A stretch of 64,000 bases of DNA from Solirubrobacterales bacterium 67-14 (GTDB lineage Bacteria > Actinomycetota > Thermoleophilia > Solirubrobacterales > 70-9). The stretch covers positions 351,387 through 415,386 of the forward strand of contig MKST01000002.1 in the NCBI GenBank assembly GCA_001897355.1. Direction: 5' to 3'. Numbering within the stretch: position 1 is the first letter of the stretch; each line of letters opens with the position of its first letter. Made by a program: the position numbers and the translations under genes. Positions 17,851 to 26,505 of this stretch are shown one piece after another. The notes below the pieces were generated by a model. The model saw only the letters and a program-made list of their open reading frames with translations. It was not told the origin of the DNA and did no database searches.

Positions 17851-19434
17851 GCGCAGATCTTCGTCCCATTGTTCGACCTCGATCGCTTCCGGCAACCCCC
17901 GTCGCCCGGGTTTGCCTTCCTCGCCGATCCCTCCTCCAGCCTCCCCCTCGCCTGCCCGTTCCCCGGCTCGGCGGGCCTCGAGCAGCTTCTCCTTCAGCGC
18001 GCCGGGTTGGGTCAGCAACATAAGCCACCCCCGCTCTTCCGCGGAGAAGAAGCCGGTTAGCAGCAGCACGAAGGGGAAGGATGCGACCAGCAGCAGCCGC
18101 ACCACCAGCCAGGCGATGCCGTCGCCGGGGACGAACACCTCGCCGACCGCGATCAGGGCGGCGGTGACCAGCAGCACCCGGGCCAGCCGCAGCCACTCGT
18201 AGGGGACCGGGAAGAGCCGCTGGGTGAAGAGGTACATCAGCACGACCACGATCAGGTACGAGATGACCAGCGAGACACCGGCCCCGATGATCCCCCAGAT
18301 CGGCAGCAGGAGGAGGTTCAGTCCGATGTTGGCGACCAGCCCCGCGACCGTGGCGGGCAGGTTGTACTTGGTCTGCCCGGTGCGGCCGAGCACGACTAGC
18401 AGCACCATGTAGAGCGCGTAGAGGGCGGCACCGGCGGAGACCGGGCCGACCGCATCCGCCGCGTCGAAGAACTCGGGCGCGGCGAAGACCCGCACGATCC
18501 AGGGGGCGATCAGCCAGAGGAAGCCCACCACCAGCGCCATCAGGGTGACGAACCAGGTGACCACTGCCGAGTAGGCGAGCCGCGCTTCCTCGTCGTCCTC
18601 GATCGAGTAGGCCAGCGGCGGGAAGGCGAGCTGGAAACCACGGACCAGGACCGCGATCCCCTGCGTCATCTTGACCGAGAGCGCGTACAGCCCGGCCTCG
18701 GCCAGGCCGAGCTTGCGGGCGATCAGGATGCGGTCGATGAAGCTGAGCGAGTAGAGCGAGAGTTCGGCCGGCATGGTCGGCAGGCCAAAGGCCATCATCC
18801 GGTTCAGCAGCGGACGATCCGGGACCAGGGCGAGGCGACGCCGGTGGTAGAAGATCAGGCCGAGCACCACGGCCAGGCCGGTGCCGTAACTGCCCAGCAG
18901 CAGCCCCTCGGCACCGAGGTCGAGCGGCACGACCAGGATCACGGTGACCGGGATCGTGAGCAGGACCGAGATCATGGTCCAGGCGAAGAAGGCCCGGGCC
19001 CGTTCGTCGAGGCGGAAGATGGCCAGCAGGTACTCGGAGAGAGTGAGCACGAAGAGGCCCGGGATCGCGATGCGCGCGAGCGTCGGGTCGGGCTCGCCGA
19101 GCAGCAGGTCCGAAATCGGCCCGGCGAAGGGGAAGAGGACCACCACGGTGATCAGGCCCGACCAGAACAGGGTCGCGAACGAGGTCGAGACGACCTTGGC
19201 CGGGTCTTGGTCCTTCAGGTAGTAGAAGCGCAGCAGCGCCTCGACCACACCGAGCCGGATCACGATCGAGACCGCGACCACGGCCGAGAACATCACCTCG
19301 GCCGCACCGTAGTCGGCCGGGGTCAGGTACCGGGTATAGAGCGGCAGCAGGGCAACCGCGATCAGCTTCGAGATGATGCTGGCCGCCGTGTAGGCGGCGC
19401 CGGTTGTCGCTAGGCGGCGGAGGTAGCCCGACAT
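17845..19434 (-). CDS. Wzx/MOP-family polysaccharide flippase
   Basis: About 12-14 hydrophobic segments. N-terminus RRLATTGAAYTAASIISKLIAVALLPLYTRYLTPADYG is typical of polysaccharide biosynthesis (Wzx) proteins. Acidic/Gly-rich C-terminal tail. Confidence 0.8.
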   Translation of the reverse strand: MSGYLRRLATTGAAYTAASIISKLIAVALLPLYTRYLTPADYGAAEVMFSAVVAVSIVIRLGVVEALLRFYYLKDQDPAKVVSTSFATLFWSGLITVVVLFPFAGPISDLLLGEPDPTLARIAIPGLFVLTLSEYLLAIFRLDERARAFFAWTMISVLLTIPVTVILVVPLDLGAEGLLLGSYGTGLAVVLGLIFYHRRRLALVPDRPLLNRMMAFGLPTMPAELSLYSLSFIDRILIARKLGLAEAGLYALSVKMTQGIAVLVRGFQLAFPPLAYSIEDDEEARLAYSAVVTWFVTLMALVVGFLWLIAPWIVRVFAAPEFFDAADAVGPVSAGAALYALYMVLLVVLGRTGQTKYNLPATVAGLVANIGLNLLLLPIWGIIGAGVSLVISYLIVVVLMYLFTQRLFPVPYEWLRLARVLLVTAALIAVGEVFVPGDGIAWLVVRLLLVASFPFVLLLTGFFSAEERGWLMLLTQPGALKEKLLEARRAGERAGEGEAGGGIGEEGKPGRRGLPEAIEVEQWDEDLRS

Positions 19435-20927
19435 GGGAAAGCGAGGCTATAGCCGATCGCGATGATGACCCAGGTCACCGGGTCGTCGAGAAATCCCGCA
19501 TACGTGAGGGTGTGGACCAGCACCGCGATGAACCCGGCCAGCATCGCCGCGCGCGCCGCGGGCGGACCCCGGTCCGGGTCGTAGGAGCGCGCCGCCGCAC
19601 CCAGCCCGGGCATCACCTTGCGGGTCCCGGCCAGCAGGGCGGCGAGCGCGCTGGCGATCAGCACGACGTAGAACGCCAGCCCGATCAGACCCTGCTCGGC
19701 GGCCACCGTGATCGGCTCGGTGTGTGATTCGGTGACCGGTGCGTTCGGGCCGGCCACCTCGCGCTTGAAGGCGACCGAGAACGAGCCGGGGCCGTAGCCG
19801 TAGATCGGGCGCGCCTCGAAGAGGTCGAAGCCGCCCTCGACCAGGTTCGCCCGGCCGCTGGTCTGCTTGTTGATCGCGCCCAGGTCGAGCTTGACCAGGC
19901 CGCCGGCGAAGGTGCCGAAGAGGACCACGCCGACCGCCAGCACGGCGATCCCGGCCAGCATCCACTTGAGGCTCCAGCGCAGGGCGACCAATGCGGCAAG
20001 GCCAGCGATCAGGGCGATGAAGCTCGACTGCGAGTAGGTCGTCATCAGGGCCAGCCAAAGCACCCCGGAGACCGCCGCCAGAACGATCCCGTCCCGGGTC
20101 GATCTCGCCCAGAGCAGGGCCGCCGCGACCATGGTGATCGAGAGGGCCAGGTAACGGCCGTAGACGTTCGGGTCCCAGAACAGTGAGTTGACCCGGAAGT
20201 AGACGTGGAAGTCGTTCGAGCGGATCACGACCTGGTTCCAGAGCAGGTCGCGGGTCGCGTACTCGACGAAGCCGACCAGGGCGCAGATCAGGGCCAGGCC
20301 GATGACCACGCCGAGCAGGATCCGCAGCCGCTCCCTGGTCCACTCGACCTCGGCCATCAGGGCGAAGATCACGCCGAAGGGGATCAGGAAGAAGCAGAGG
20401 TTCTGCAGGCCGGTCGAGCGGTCGTCCGAGTAGAAGAGGCCGAGTGCGTAGAGCACGACCGCGGCGGCGAGCAGCGGCTTGAGCCAGCGGGCCAACCCGG
20501 TCGGGGCGACGGTCGGCGTGGCCGGCAGCAGGTCGCCGCGGCGGGCCCGGATCAGCGGGGCGAGCACCCCGCCGCCCATGACCAGGTAGAGCGGGACCAG
20601 CAGGTTCGCGTCTTCCCCGCCGACGTTCAGGGGGATCCGGAAGGGCACGGCGACCAGGACCAGCACCGGGAGGATCACCGGCCAGCGGTCGATCACCCAG
20701 GCCAGCAGGCCGACCAGCGCGAGGCCGGCGACCAGCGCCACCACCAACATTCCTGGCGTGTTGCGAAGCTCGGTGATCGGGCCGGAGTGCCACTGGTCCC
20801 CGGCGATCAGGACCGGCACCAGGATCCCGGCGACGGCCATCGCGACCGAACGTCGCATCGAAGGCTGATCGAGGATCGCGACCGCCACGGCAGCAGCAGC
20901 GATCAGGGCGACGAGTGCCTCGATCAT
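19410..20927 (-). CDS. O-antigen ligase / Wzy_C family polytopic membrane protein
   Basis: More than 10 TM segments. TTYSQSSFIALIAGLAALVAL and ESHTEPITVAAEQGLIGLAFYVVL resemble the Wzy_C motif (H-N-x-y-L..E.G..G). A 25-nt overlap with the flippase gene. Confidence 0.75.
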   Translation of the reverse strand: MIEALVALIAAAAVAVAILDQPSMRRSVAMAVAGILVPVLIAGDQWHSGPITELRNTPGMLVVALVAGLALVGLLAWVIDRWPVILPVLVLVAVPFRIPLNVGGEDANLLVPLYLVMGGGVLAPLIRARRGDLLPATPTVAPTGLARWLKPLLAAAVVLYALGLFYSDDRSTGLQNLCFFLIPFGVIFALMAEVEWTRERLRILLGVVIGLALICALVGFVEYATRDLLWNQVVIRSNDFHVYFRVNSLFWDPNVYGRYLALSITMVAAALLWARSTRDGIVLAAVSGVLWLALMTTYSQSSFIALIAGLAALVALRWSLKWMLAGIAVLAVGVVLFGTFAGGLVKLDLGAINKQTSGRANLVEGGFDLFEARPIYGYGPGSFSVAFKREVAGPNAPVTESHTEPITVAAEQGLIGLAFYVVLIASALAALLAGTRKVMPGLGAAARSYDPDRGPPAARAAMLAGFIAVLVHTLTYAGFLDDPVTWVIIAIGYSLAFPCRATSAA

Positions 20928-21454
20928 TGGGTTCGCCCTCCGTCTTTCCGCTCCATCGGCTTCGGGCAGCCGGAGGGGCCACGCGGCTCGTAGTTGTGCA
21001 GGCGGATCCAGCCGGGCAGGTAGAGCACACGATCCTCGCCGTGCATGGTCACCCGGACCCGGTACTTGCCGGTCAGGGGGATGAAGCCGTCGTCCTTGCG
21101 TCCGTTCCAGACCAGGGTGTGTTCCCGGTAGCGCTTGAAGAACCGGTTGCGGGCCAGGGTGCGGATCGGGTTGCCGCCCCGACCGATGATCTCGACGTCG
21201 GCGATGTCGGACTTGGTGGTGCGGAAGCTGATCGACATCCGGTCCCGCTTGCAGTCGCCGTTCGGGCTGAAGACGGTCGGCGCCTCGCCGTTGGCGGTGA
21301 AACCGAGCACCCGGTACTCGACCCGGTCGATGACCAGGGGCTCACGCTTGAGTCGCTGCGACCAGCCGAAGGCGGCGACGGTCGCGACCAGGAGCAGGCC
21401 GATCGTGAGTGGCGCCAGCCATCCCAGGCGACGGGAGCCGGCGGCCTCCTCCAT
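20924..21454 (-). CDS. Membrane-anchored FlgD-Ig-like domain protein
   Basis: N-terminal TM (LAPLTIGLLLVATVAAF). FSPNGDCKRD...ADVEIIGRGGNPIRTL...HTLVWNGRKDDGFIPLTGKYRVRV matches the FlgD Ig-like (SPNGDG) pattern. ATGA overlap with the next gene. Confidence 0.55.
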   Translation of the reverse strand: MEEAAGSRRLGWLAPLTIGLLLVATVAAFGWSQRLKREPLVIDRVEYRVLGFTANGEAPTVFSPNGDCKRDRMSISFRTTKSDIADVEIIGRGGNPIRTLARNRFFKRYREHTLVWNGRKDDGFIPLTGKYRVRVTMHGEDRVLYLPGWIRLHNYEPRGPSGCPKPMERKDGGRTQ

Positions 21455-22189
21455 CTACTCTCCGGGCAGCGGGCCGTGATCGGTGCCGATCACCACGGTC
21501 ACGTCGGCTCCGGGAGTGAGGCTGGCGATGTTGCTCTCCATGGGAGCGGTGTTGGTGATCCCGACCGCGGCCCCGACCTTCGTCGCCGCGGACTGGTTGC
21601 CGCTCGTGTACATCACGACACTCTCGGTGAAGGTCTCGGTGGCGTCGGACGGGTTTCCGGCGATCGTGAAGTTCTCCTTCTCGAGAGCATCCGCGTAAGT
21701 CGCGGCGAGTCCGGCTTCGGTTCCGCCGGTGCCGTTGAGGACGCCGACTTCGATCTGCTTCGGCTTGACGCTCTTCTGCTTCGTGGCCTGACCGCGACGG
21801 CCCTGGTTGGCGCTGTCATTCGAGTCGGAACCGAGCAGGCTGGTCGCCGCCCAGGCGGCGGCCGCGCCGAGGATCAAGACCACGGCGACGATCGCGATGA
21901 TCCGGCCGCTGCGGCCCAGGCGGTCCCAGAAGGAAGGCTCGACCAGGCCGGCCCGTTCCATGCGGCGCTCCTCACGGTCGGCCAGGACCTTGAGTTCCTG
22001 GGAGCGCTCTTCGGCGACGATCTCGCTGACCTCGCGGACCTCGGCATCCCGTTCCGGGGCGCCACCGGCCCAGTCGCGGAGGCGCCGGATGTCACGGGCC
22101 TGCGAGAAGACCAGGAAGGCGAGCACGGCCATGGCGAGCAAGGCGACAAGGCCGGCGTAGGCGCCTACGGTCTGGATTACGTCGGTCAA
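21455..22189 (-). CDS. LytR_C domain-containing membrane protein
   Basis: N-terminal TM. C-terminal VGVLNGTGGTEAGLAATYADALEKENFTIAGNPSDA...VVMYTSGNQSAATKVGAAVG is typical of the LytR C-terminal domain. TTG start. Confidence 0.75.
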   Translation of the reverse strand: MTDVIQTVGAYAGLVALLAMAVLAFLVFSQARDIRRLRDWAGGAPERDAEVREVSEIVAEERSQELKVLADREERRMERAGLVEPSFWDRLGRSGRIIAIVAVVLILGAAAAWAATSLLGSDSNDSANQGRRGQATKQKSVKPKQIEVGVLNGTGGTEAGLAATYADALEKENFTIAGNPSDATETFTESVVMYTSGNQSAATKVGAAVGITNTAPMESNIASLTPGADVTVVIGTDHGPLPGE

Positions 22190-22310
22190 CTGATCTCCAC
22201 TTTTCGGACGGTCGCAGCGTCGTTGTCGGAAGCGGTGGGCCCGCCATCCTCAAACGCCGACCGGGGCATGTTATTTAGGAATGGCGGATGAATGCGCTTC
22301 GAGGCCGTAT

Positions 22311-24194
22311 TCAGCTGACTTTTGCCGGGTCGCCACCGGGATTGCTGGCCAGCTCGACCACCCTCCCGCCGAGGTCCGCTTCGTCCCCGGCCTGGGCAGC
22401 CTGTTCGAGTCGGTCGAGGGTCTGGACGATCCAATCGGGGTCGAGCGGCTGCTCACGGACCGCCCGCATGATCCGCTTCGACGCGGTCGGCTGTGGCCGT
22501 TCCTCATCCCCGAAGAGCTCTTCGTGGAGCTTCTCCCCTGGCCGCGGCCCGACGAACTCGATTGCGATGTCCTTCTCCGGTTCGCGGCCGGCCAGCTTGA
22601 TCATGTTCTCGGCCAGCTCGGTGATCTTCACCGGCTCACCCATGTCGAGCACGAAGACGTCGCCGCGGCTGACCCCGGTGTCGCCGGCCCGGATCACCAA
22701 CTGGACCGCCTCGGGGATGGTCATGAAGAACCGGGTCATCTCGGGATGGGTGACGGTGACCGGCCCGCCCTGTTCGATCTGGCGCTTGAAGATCGGCACC
22801 ACGCTGCCCGAGGAGCCGAGCACGTTGCCAAAGCGGACCGAGACGAAGCGGGTGTTGGCGTGCCGCGCATCGGCCGCGGCGACCGCCCACTCGGCCATCG
22901 CCTTCGAGGCGCCCATCACGGTCTGGGGGTTGACGGCCTTGTCGGTCGAGATCAAGACGAAGCGCTCGGTGCCGGCCGCGGCCGCGCAGTCGGCGGTGAT
23001 CTGGGTCGCGAAGGTGTTGTTGCGGACCGCCTCCAGCGGGTTCGACTCCATCAACGGCACGTGCTTGTAAGCGGCGGCGTGGAAGACGATGTTCGGCTTG
23101 AAGCGCTGCATCACCTCGAACATCCGCTCGGTCTCCTTGCAGTCGGCCAGCACCGCCTCGACCCGGGTGAAGTGCCGCTCGGCGACCAGCTCGCGTTCGA
23201 TCTGGAAGAGGTTGTCCTCGGCGTGGTCGAGCATGACCAGCAGCTTCGGCCCGACCAGCCCGATCTGACGGCAGAGCTCCTTGCCGATCGAGCCGCCGGC
23301 CCCGGTGACCATGACCACCTGGTCCTCCAGGTAGGCCCCGACCCGGGCCAGCTCCATGGTGACGGGGTCGCGGCCGAGCACGTCTTCGACCTGGACCTCG
23401 CGCAGCTGCTGGCTGAGCTGGACGCCGCCGCGCAGCAGCTCGAAGACGGTCGGCAGGGTGCGGACGGGGATCTGCCGGTCGCGGCAGGCGGCGACGACAC
23501 GGGCCCGGAGCACGCCGGGGGCGGAGGGGATCGCGATCATCACCTCGTCCGGCTCGGTCTCGTCGAGGATCGTCTCGATCTCGTCGGTGGTGCCGAGCAC
23601 GGAGATGCCCTGGATGCGCATGCCGCGCATGTCCTTGTTGTCGTCGACGAAGCCGATCGCGGTCTCGCCGAGATGCGGGTTGAGGCGCAGCTCGCGGACC
23701 ACCATCTGGCCGCCGGAGCCGGCCCCGATCACCAGCACCTCACGGCCGCGGGCGATCCGGTTGCCCTTGTTCGGGCGTTCCTTGAACAGCCGCGTGCCGA
23801 GGCGGGCGCCGGCGATCAGGAAGAGGGTGAGCAGGAAGTCGGTCACCGCGACCGAGCGCGGCAGGTCGTGCTTGAAGGGCTGGATCACCGTGAAGAGCAC
23901 GACCAGCAGGAGGCTCGAAACCGAGACCGCCTGGATGATCCGGGCGATGTCGCGACCGCCGACGAAGCGCCACCACTTCTGGTAGAGCCCGAAGAGGTAG
24001 AAGACGCACAGCTTGCCGACGATCACGAAGCCGACCGACTGCAGCAGCAGATCGACGTAGCGATCGGGGATGGTTCCCGGATCGTCGAGGAAGCGCAGCT
24101 GGTACGCGAGGAAGTACGAAAGCGCGACGAGCAGGCCGTCACCGGCCATCTGCATCAGCTGATACCGGCGCAAATGGAAATCTGGGCGTCGCAT
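22311..24194 (-). CDS. Membrane-bound nucleotide-sugar 4,6-dehydratase (CapD/PglF/WbpM family)
   Basis: Trimmed from the 764-aa track ORF to the ATG at 24194 (MRRPDFHLRRYQLMQM). Four N-terminal TM helices. Two Rossmann motifs (VLVIGAGSGG, VMVTGAGGSIG). STDKAVNP...ASK catalytic region. Confidence 0.9.
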   Translation of the reverse strand: MRRPDFHLRRYQLMQMAGDGLLVALSYFLAYQLRFLDDPGTIPDRYVDLLLQSVGFVIVGKLCVFYLFGLYQKWWRFVGGRDIARIIQAVSVSSLLLVVLFTVIQPFKHDLPRSVAVTDFLLTLFLIAGARLGTRLFKERPNKGNRIARGREVLVIGAGSGGQMVVRELRLNPHLGETAIGFVDDNKDMRGMRIQGISVLGTTDEIETILDETEPDEVMIAIPSAPGVLRARVVAACRDRQIPVRTLPTVFELLRGGVQLSQQLREVQVEDVLGRDPVTMELARVGAYLEDQVVMVTGAGGSIGKELCRQIGLVGPKLLVMLDHAEDNLFQIERELVAERHFTRVEAVLADCKETERMFEVMQRFKPNIVFHAAAYKHVPLMESNPLEAVRNNTFATQITADCAAAAGTERFVLISTDKAVNPQTVMGASKAMAEWAVAAADARHANTRFVSVRFGNVLGSSGSVVPIFKRQIEQGGPVTVTHPEMTRFFMTIPEAVQLVIRAGDTGVSRGDVFVLDMGEPVKITELAENMIKLAGREPEKDIAIEFVGPRPGEKLHEELFGDEERPQPTASKRIMRAVREQPLDPDWIVQTLDRLEQAAQAGDEADLGGRVVELASNPGGDPAKVS

Positions 24195-24222
24195 TGAAGC
24201 CCCGGATTCTACCCCGTGGGTG

Positions 24223-24378
24223 AAGGTGTGGCCAAAATGTCCCGAAGGTGTGGGACCGTGTGCGGGTGGGATGCGAGCGGAAGGGCGTAAGGCGAGCTGG
24301 TTGCCCGACGTTGCCCTTGTGCGAAGCAGGCCGCCCGCACACGGTCCCACACCGAGGACAGAATTTTGGCCACACCTT
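24223..24378. repeat. 156-nt long-armed inverted repeat in the divergent capD-like/uppP intergenic region
   Basis: Outer arms AAGGTGTGGCCAAAAT (24223-24238) and ATTTTGGCCACACCTT (24363-24378) are 16/16 complementary. Inner arms GGTGTGGGACCGTGTGCGGG (24247-24266) and CCCGCACACGGTCCCACACC (24334-24353) are 20/20. Central spacer about 67 nt. Confidence 0.85.
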
Positions 24379-24461
24379 CTAGCATCCACGCTGCTATTTC
24401 CGGTTCTGGTGACAGCCGAGACGCAACTGGCGGCAGTCCCGGCCGGGCGGTTGGCCACGCG

Positions 24462-25253
24462 GTGATCCTCGGGCTGGTCCAGGGTCCGGCCGAGCTCCTG
24501 CCGATCTCTTCCTCCGCCCACCTGGCGATGATTCCGCGGCTCCTGGACTGGGATCCGGACGAGCTGGACCCGGAGCTGCGCAAGAGTTTCGAGGTCGCCT
24601 TGCACGGCGGTGCCGCACTGGCCCTGCTGATCACCCGGCGGGGCGAGATCCGTACCGAGTTGACCGAGTTCGACCGGCGCCGGGCCGCGGTCCTGCTGTT
24701 CTCGTTCTTGCCGGCGGCCGCCTTCGGCTACGGCTTCGAGCGGATCATCGAGTCGAGGTTCGGCGGCCCCCGAACCACCGCGGCCGGCTTGATCCTCGGT
24801 GGCCTGGCGATGGCCGTGGCCGACCGCCGGCCGCAGCGACGGGGCAAGGGCGAGGCCGGATGGAAGGATGGCCTGGCCCTCGGGCTCGCCCAGGCCGCGG
24901 CTCTGATCCCGGGCGTCTCCCGCAACGGGGCCACCCTGACCGCGGCCCGCCTGCGCGACTTCTCCCGCGACCAGGCCAACCTGCTTTCCCGCACGGTCGC
25001 CCTGCCGGTCATCCTCGGCGCGGTCGGGCTCAAGGGCGTCCGCCTCGCGAAGCGGGGCATCTCTCGCCGCCAGGCACGTTGGCTGGCGATCGGCACCGCC
25101 ACCTCATTCGTCTCGACGATGGCCGCCACCGACCTGATCCGCATGGTCGAACGGGACCGCGCCCTGGCCCCCTACTCGGCCTACCGGATCGCCTTCGGCC
25201 TGCTGATCCTGGGCCGGCTGGCGGCCGAGAGCCGCGGCCGCACGGCCGAGTGA
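24462..25253 (+). CDS. uppP: Undecaprenyl-diphosphate phosphatase
   Basis: ILGLVQGPAELLPISSSAHL and PGVSRNGATL motifs of UppP/BacA. The track ATG at 24366 lies inside the inverted repeat. The GTG at 24462 gives a canonical N-terminus and about 263 aa. Confidence 0.85.
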   Translation: MILGLVQGPAELLPISSSAHLAMIPRLLDWDPDELDPELRKSFEVALHGGAALALLITRRGEIRTELTEFDRRRAAVLLFSFLPAAAFGYGFERIIESRFGGPRTTAAGLILGGLAMAVADRRPQRRGKGEAGWKDGLALGLAQAAALIPGVSRNGATLTAARLRDFSRDQANLLSRTVALPVILGAVGLKGVRLAKRGISRRQARWLAIGTATSFVSTMAATDLIRMVERDRALAPYSAYRIAFGLLILGRLAAESRGRTAE

Positions 25254-25280
25254 CCGCCTTCTCTTGTTGAATCACTTCCG

Positions 25281-26285
25281 ATGAGCGGCGAAGACGCATA
25301 CGCAAAGGCCGGGGTCAGCCAGTCCGACGCGGACCTCGCGGTCAGCCGCCTGGTCGCCGCCCTGGCCTCCGCGCAGCTCGGCCGGCCGAGCCGGCAGGTC
25401 GACCTGAAGGGCCATTACGCGGCCGTGATCCGGCTCGACGAGAAGACCGGGATCGCGCTTTCCACCGACGGCGTCGGCACCAAGCTGCTGGTCGCCGAGG
25501 AGCTGGGCCGCTTCGACACGGTCGGCATCGACTGCATCGCGATGAACGTCAACGACATCATCTGCGTCGGCGCCGAGCCGCTGGCCATGCTCGACTACCT
25601 GGCGGTCGAGAAGGCCGACCCGGAGATGTGCGAGCAGATCGGGGTCGGCCTCGCCCGCGGCGCCGAACTGGCCGGGATCGAGATCCCGGGTGGCGAACTG
25701 GCCCAGATCGGTGACCTGGTCAAGGGCTTCGACATCGCCGGCGCCTGTTTCGGGACGGTCGCGCTCGACTCGATCATCGACGGTTCCGCGGTCACCCCGG
25801 GCGACGTCGTGATCGGCCTCCCGTCCTCCGGCATCCACTCCAACGGCTACACGCTGGCCCGTTCCGCCCTCGACGGGATCGCGATGGATGACGACCGGCT
25901 GGGCCGGCCGCTCGGCGAGATCCTGCTCGAGCCGACCGAGATCTACGTCAAGCCCGTGATGGACCTGCTGGCCTCCCCGGCCCGGGTCCACGGCCTGGCT
26001 CACCTCACCTCTGGCGGGCTCGACAACCTGCTGCGCCTCAAGGCCGAGGTCACCTACGAGATCACCGATCCGCTGGCCCCGCAGCCGATCTTCGAGCTGA
26101 TCGCCGAACGGGCCCGGGTTCCCGAAGACGAGATGTACGAGGTCTTCAACATGGGCTGCGGATTCTGTGTCGTGGTGCCGGCCGAGGACGAGGAAGCCGC
26201 ACTCGCGGTCCTGCGCGGCCATTACCCGGAGGCCCGCCGCATCGGCCAGGCCACGGCCGGCGAGGCCCGGGTAATCCGAGGCTGA
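25281..26285 (+). CDS. purM: Phosphoribosylformylglycinamidine cyclo-ligase (AIR synthetase)
   Basis: YAKAGVS...DGVGTKLLVA...IDCIAMNVNDII...HSNGYTL pattern of PurM. About 334 aa. Confidence 0.9.
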   Translation: MSGEDAYAKAGVSQSDADLAVSRLVAALASAQLGRPSRQVDLKGHYAAVIRLDEKTGIALSTDGVGTKLLVAEELGRFDTVGIDCIAMNVNDIICVGAEPLAMLDYLAVEKADPEMCEQIGVGLARGAELAGIEIPGGELAQIGDLVKGFDIAGACFGTVALDSIIDGSAVTPGDVVIGLPSSGIHSNGYTLARSALDGIAMDDDRLGRPLGEILLEPTEIYVKPVMDLLASPARVHGLAHLTSGGLDNLLRLKAEVTYEITDPLAPQPIFELIAERARVPEDEMYEVFNMGCGFCVVVPAEDEEAALAVLRGHYPEARRIGQATAGEARVIRG

Positions 26286-26505
26286 CCACCCGGCTTTCGC
26301 GGCCCGATTTTCGGTGCTGCGAGTGTCAGCCCTCTGCGGCATTTTCGTTGGCAGAAACCAACACTCCGAACCTCCTCCGAGCGGGTCATACTGGGGACTG
26401 ACCCGAATTGACCAATTTTTCCCGAGATTGTCCGCGCTTAAGCGGAATTCAGAGACTCTGGATAGCCTCCGGCACCTATGAGCTTTCGCAGGCAAAACCA
26501 GTGAA

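Noticed and set aside
22281-24197. 638-aa plus-strand ORF
   Set aside because: It lies exactly antisense to the well-supported capD/pglF-like gene. The translation is low-complexity (rich in R, G, D, H, L, A, P), as expected for a shadow ORF in high-GC DNA, and contains no recognisable motif.
24139-24465. Two small mirror-image ORFs (24139..24375 minus, 24220..24465 plus) that share WPK/FWPHL-like peptides
   Set aside because: The similarity is an artefact of translating both arms of the 156-nt inverted repeat. There is no RBS or other coding evidence.
26478-26504. 8-codon upstream ORF (MSFRRQNQ) ending 1 nt before the kinase GTG
   Set aside because: It is too short to evaluate and has no convincing RBS. 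I mention it only as part of the leader finding.
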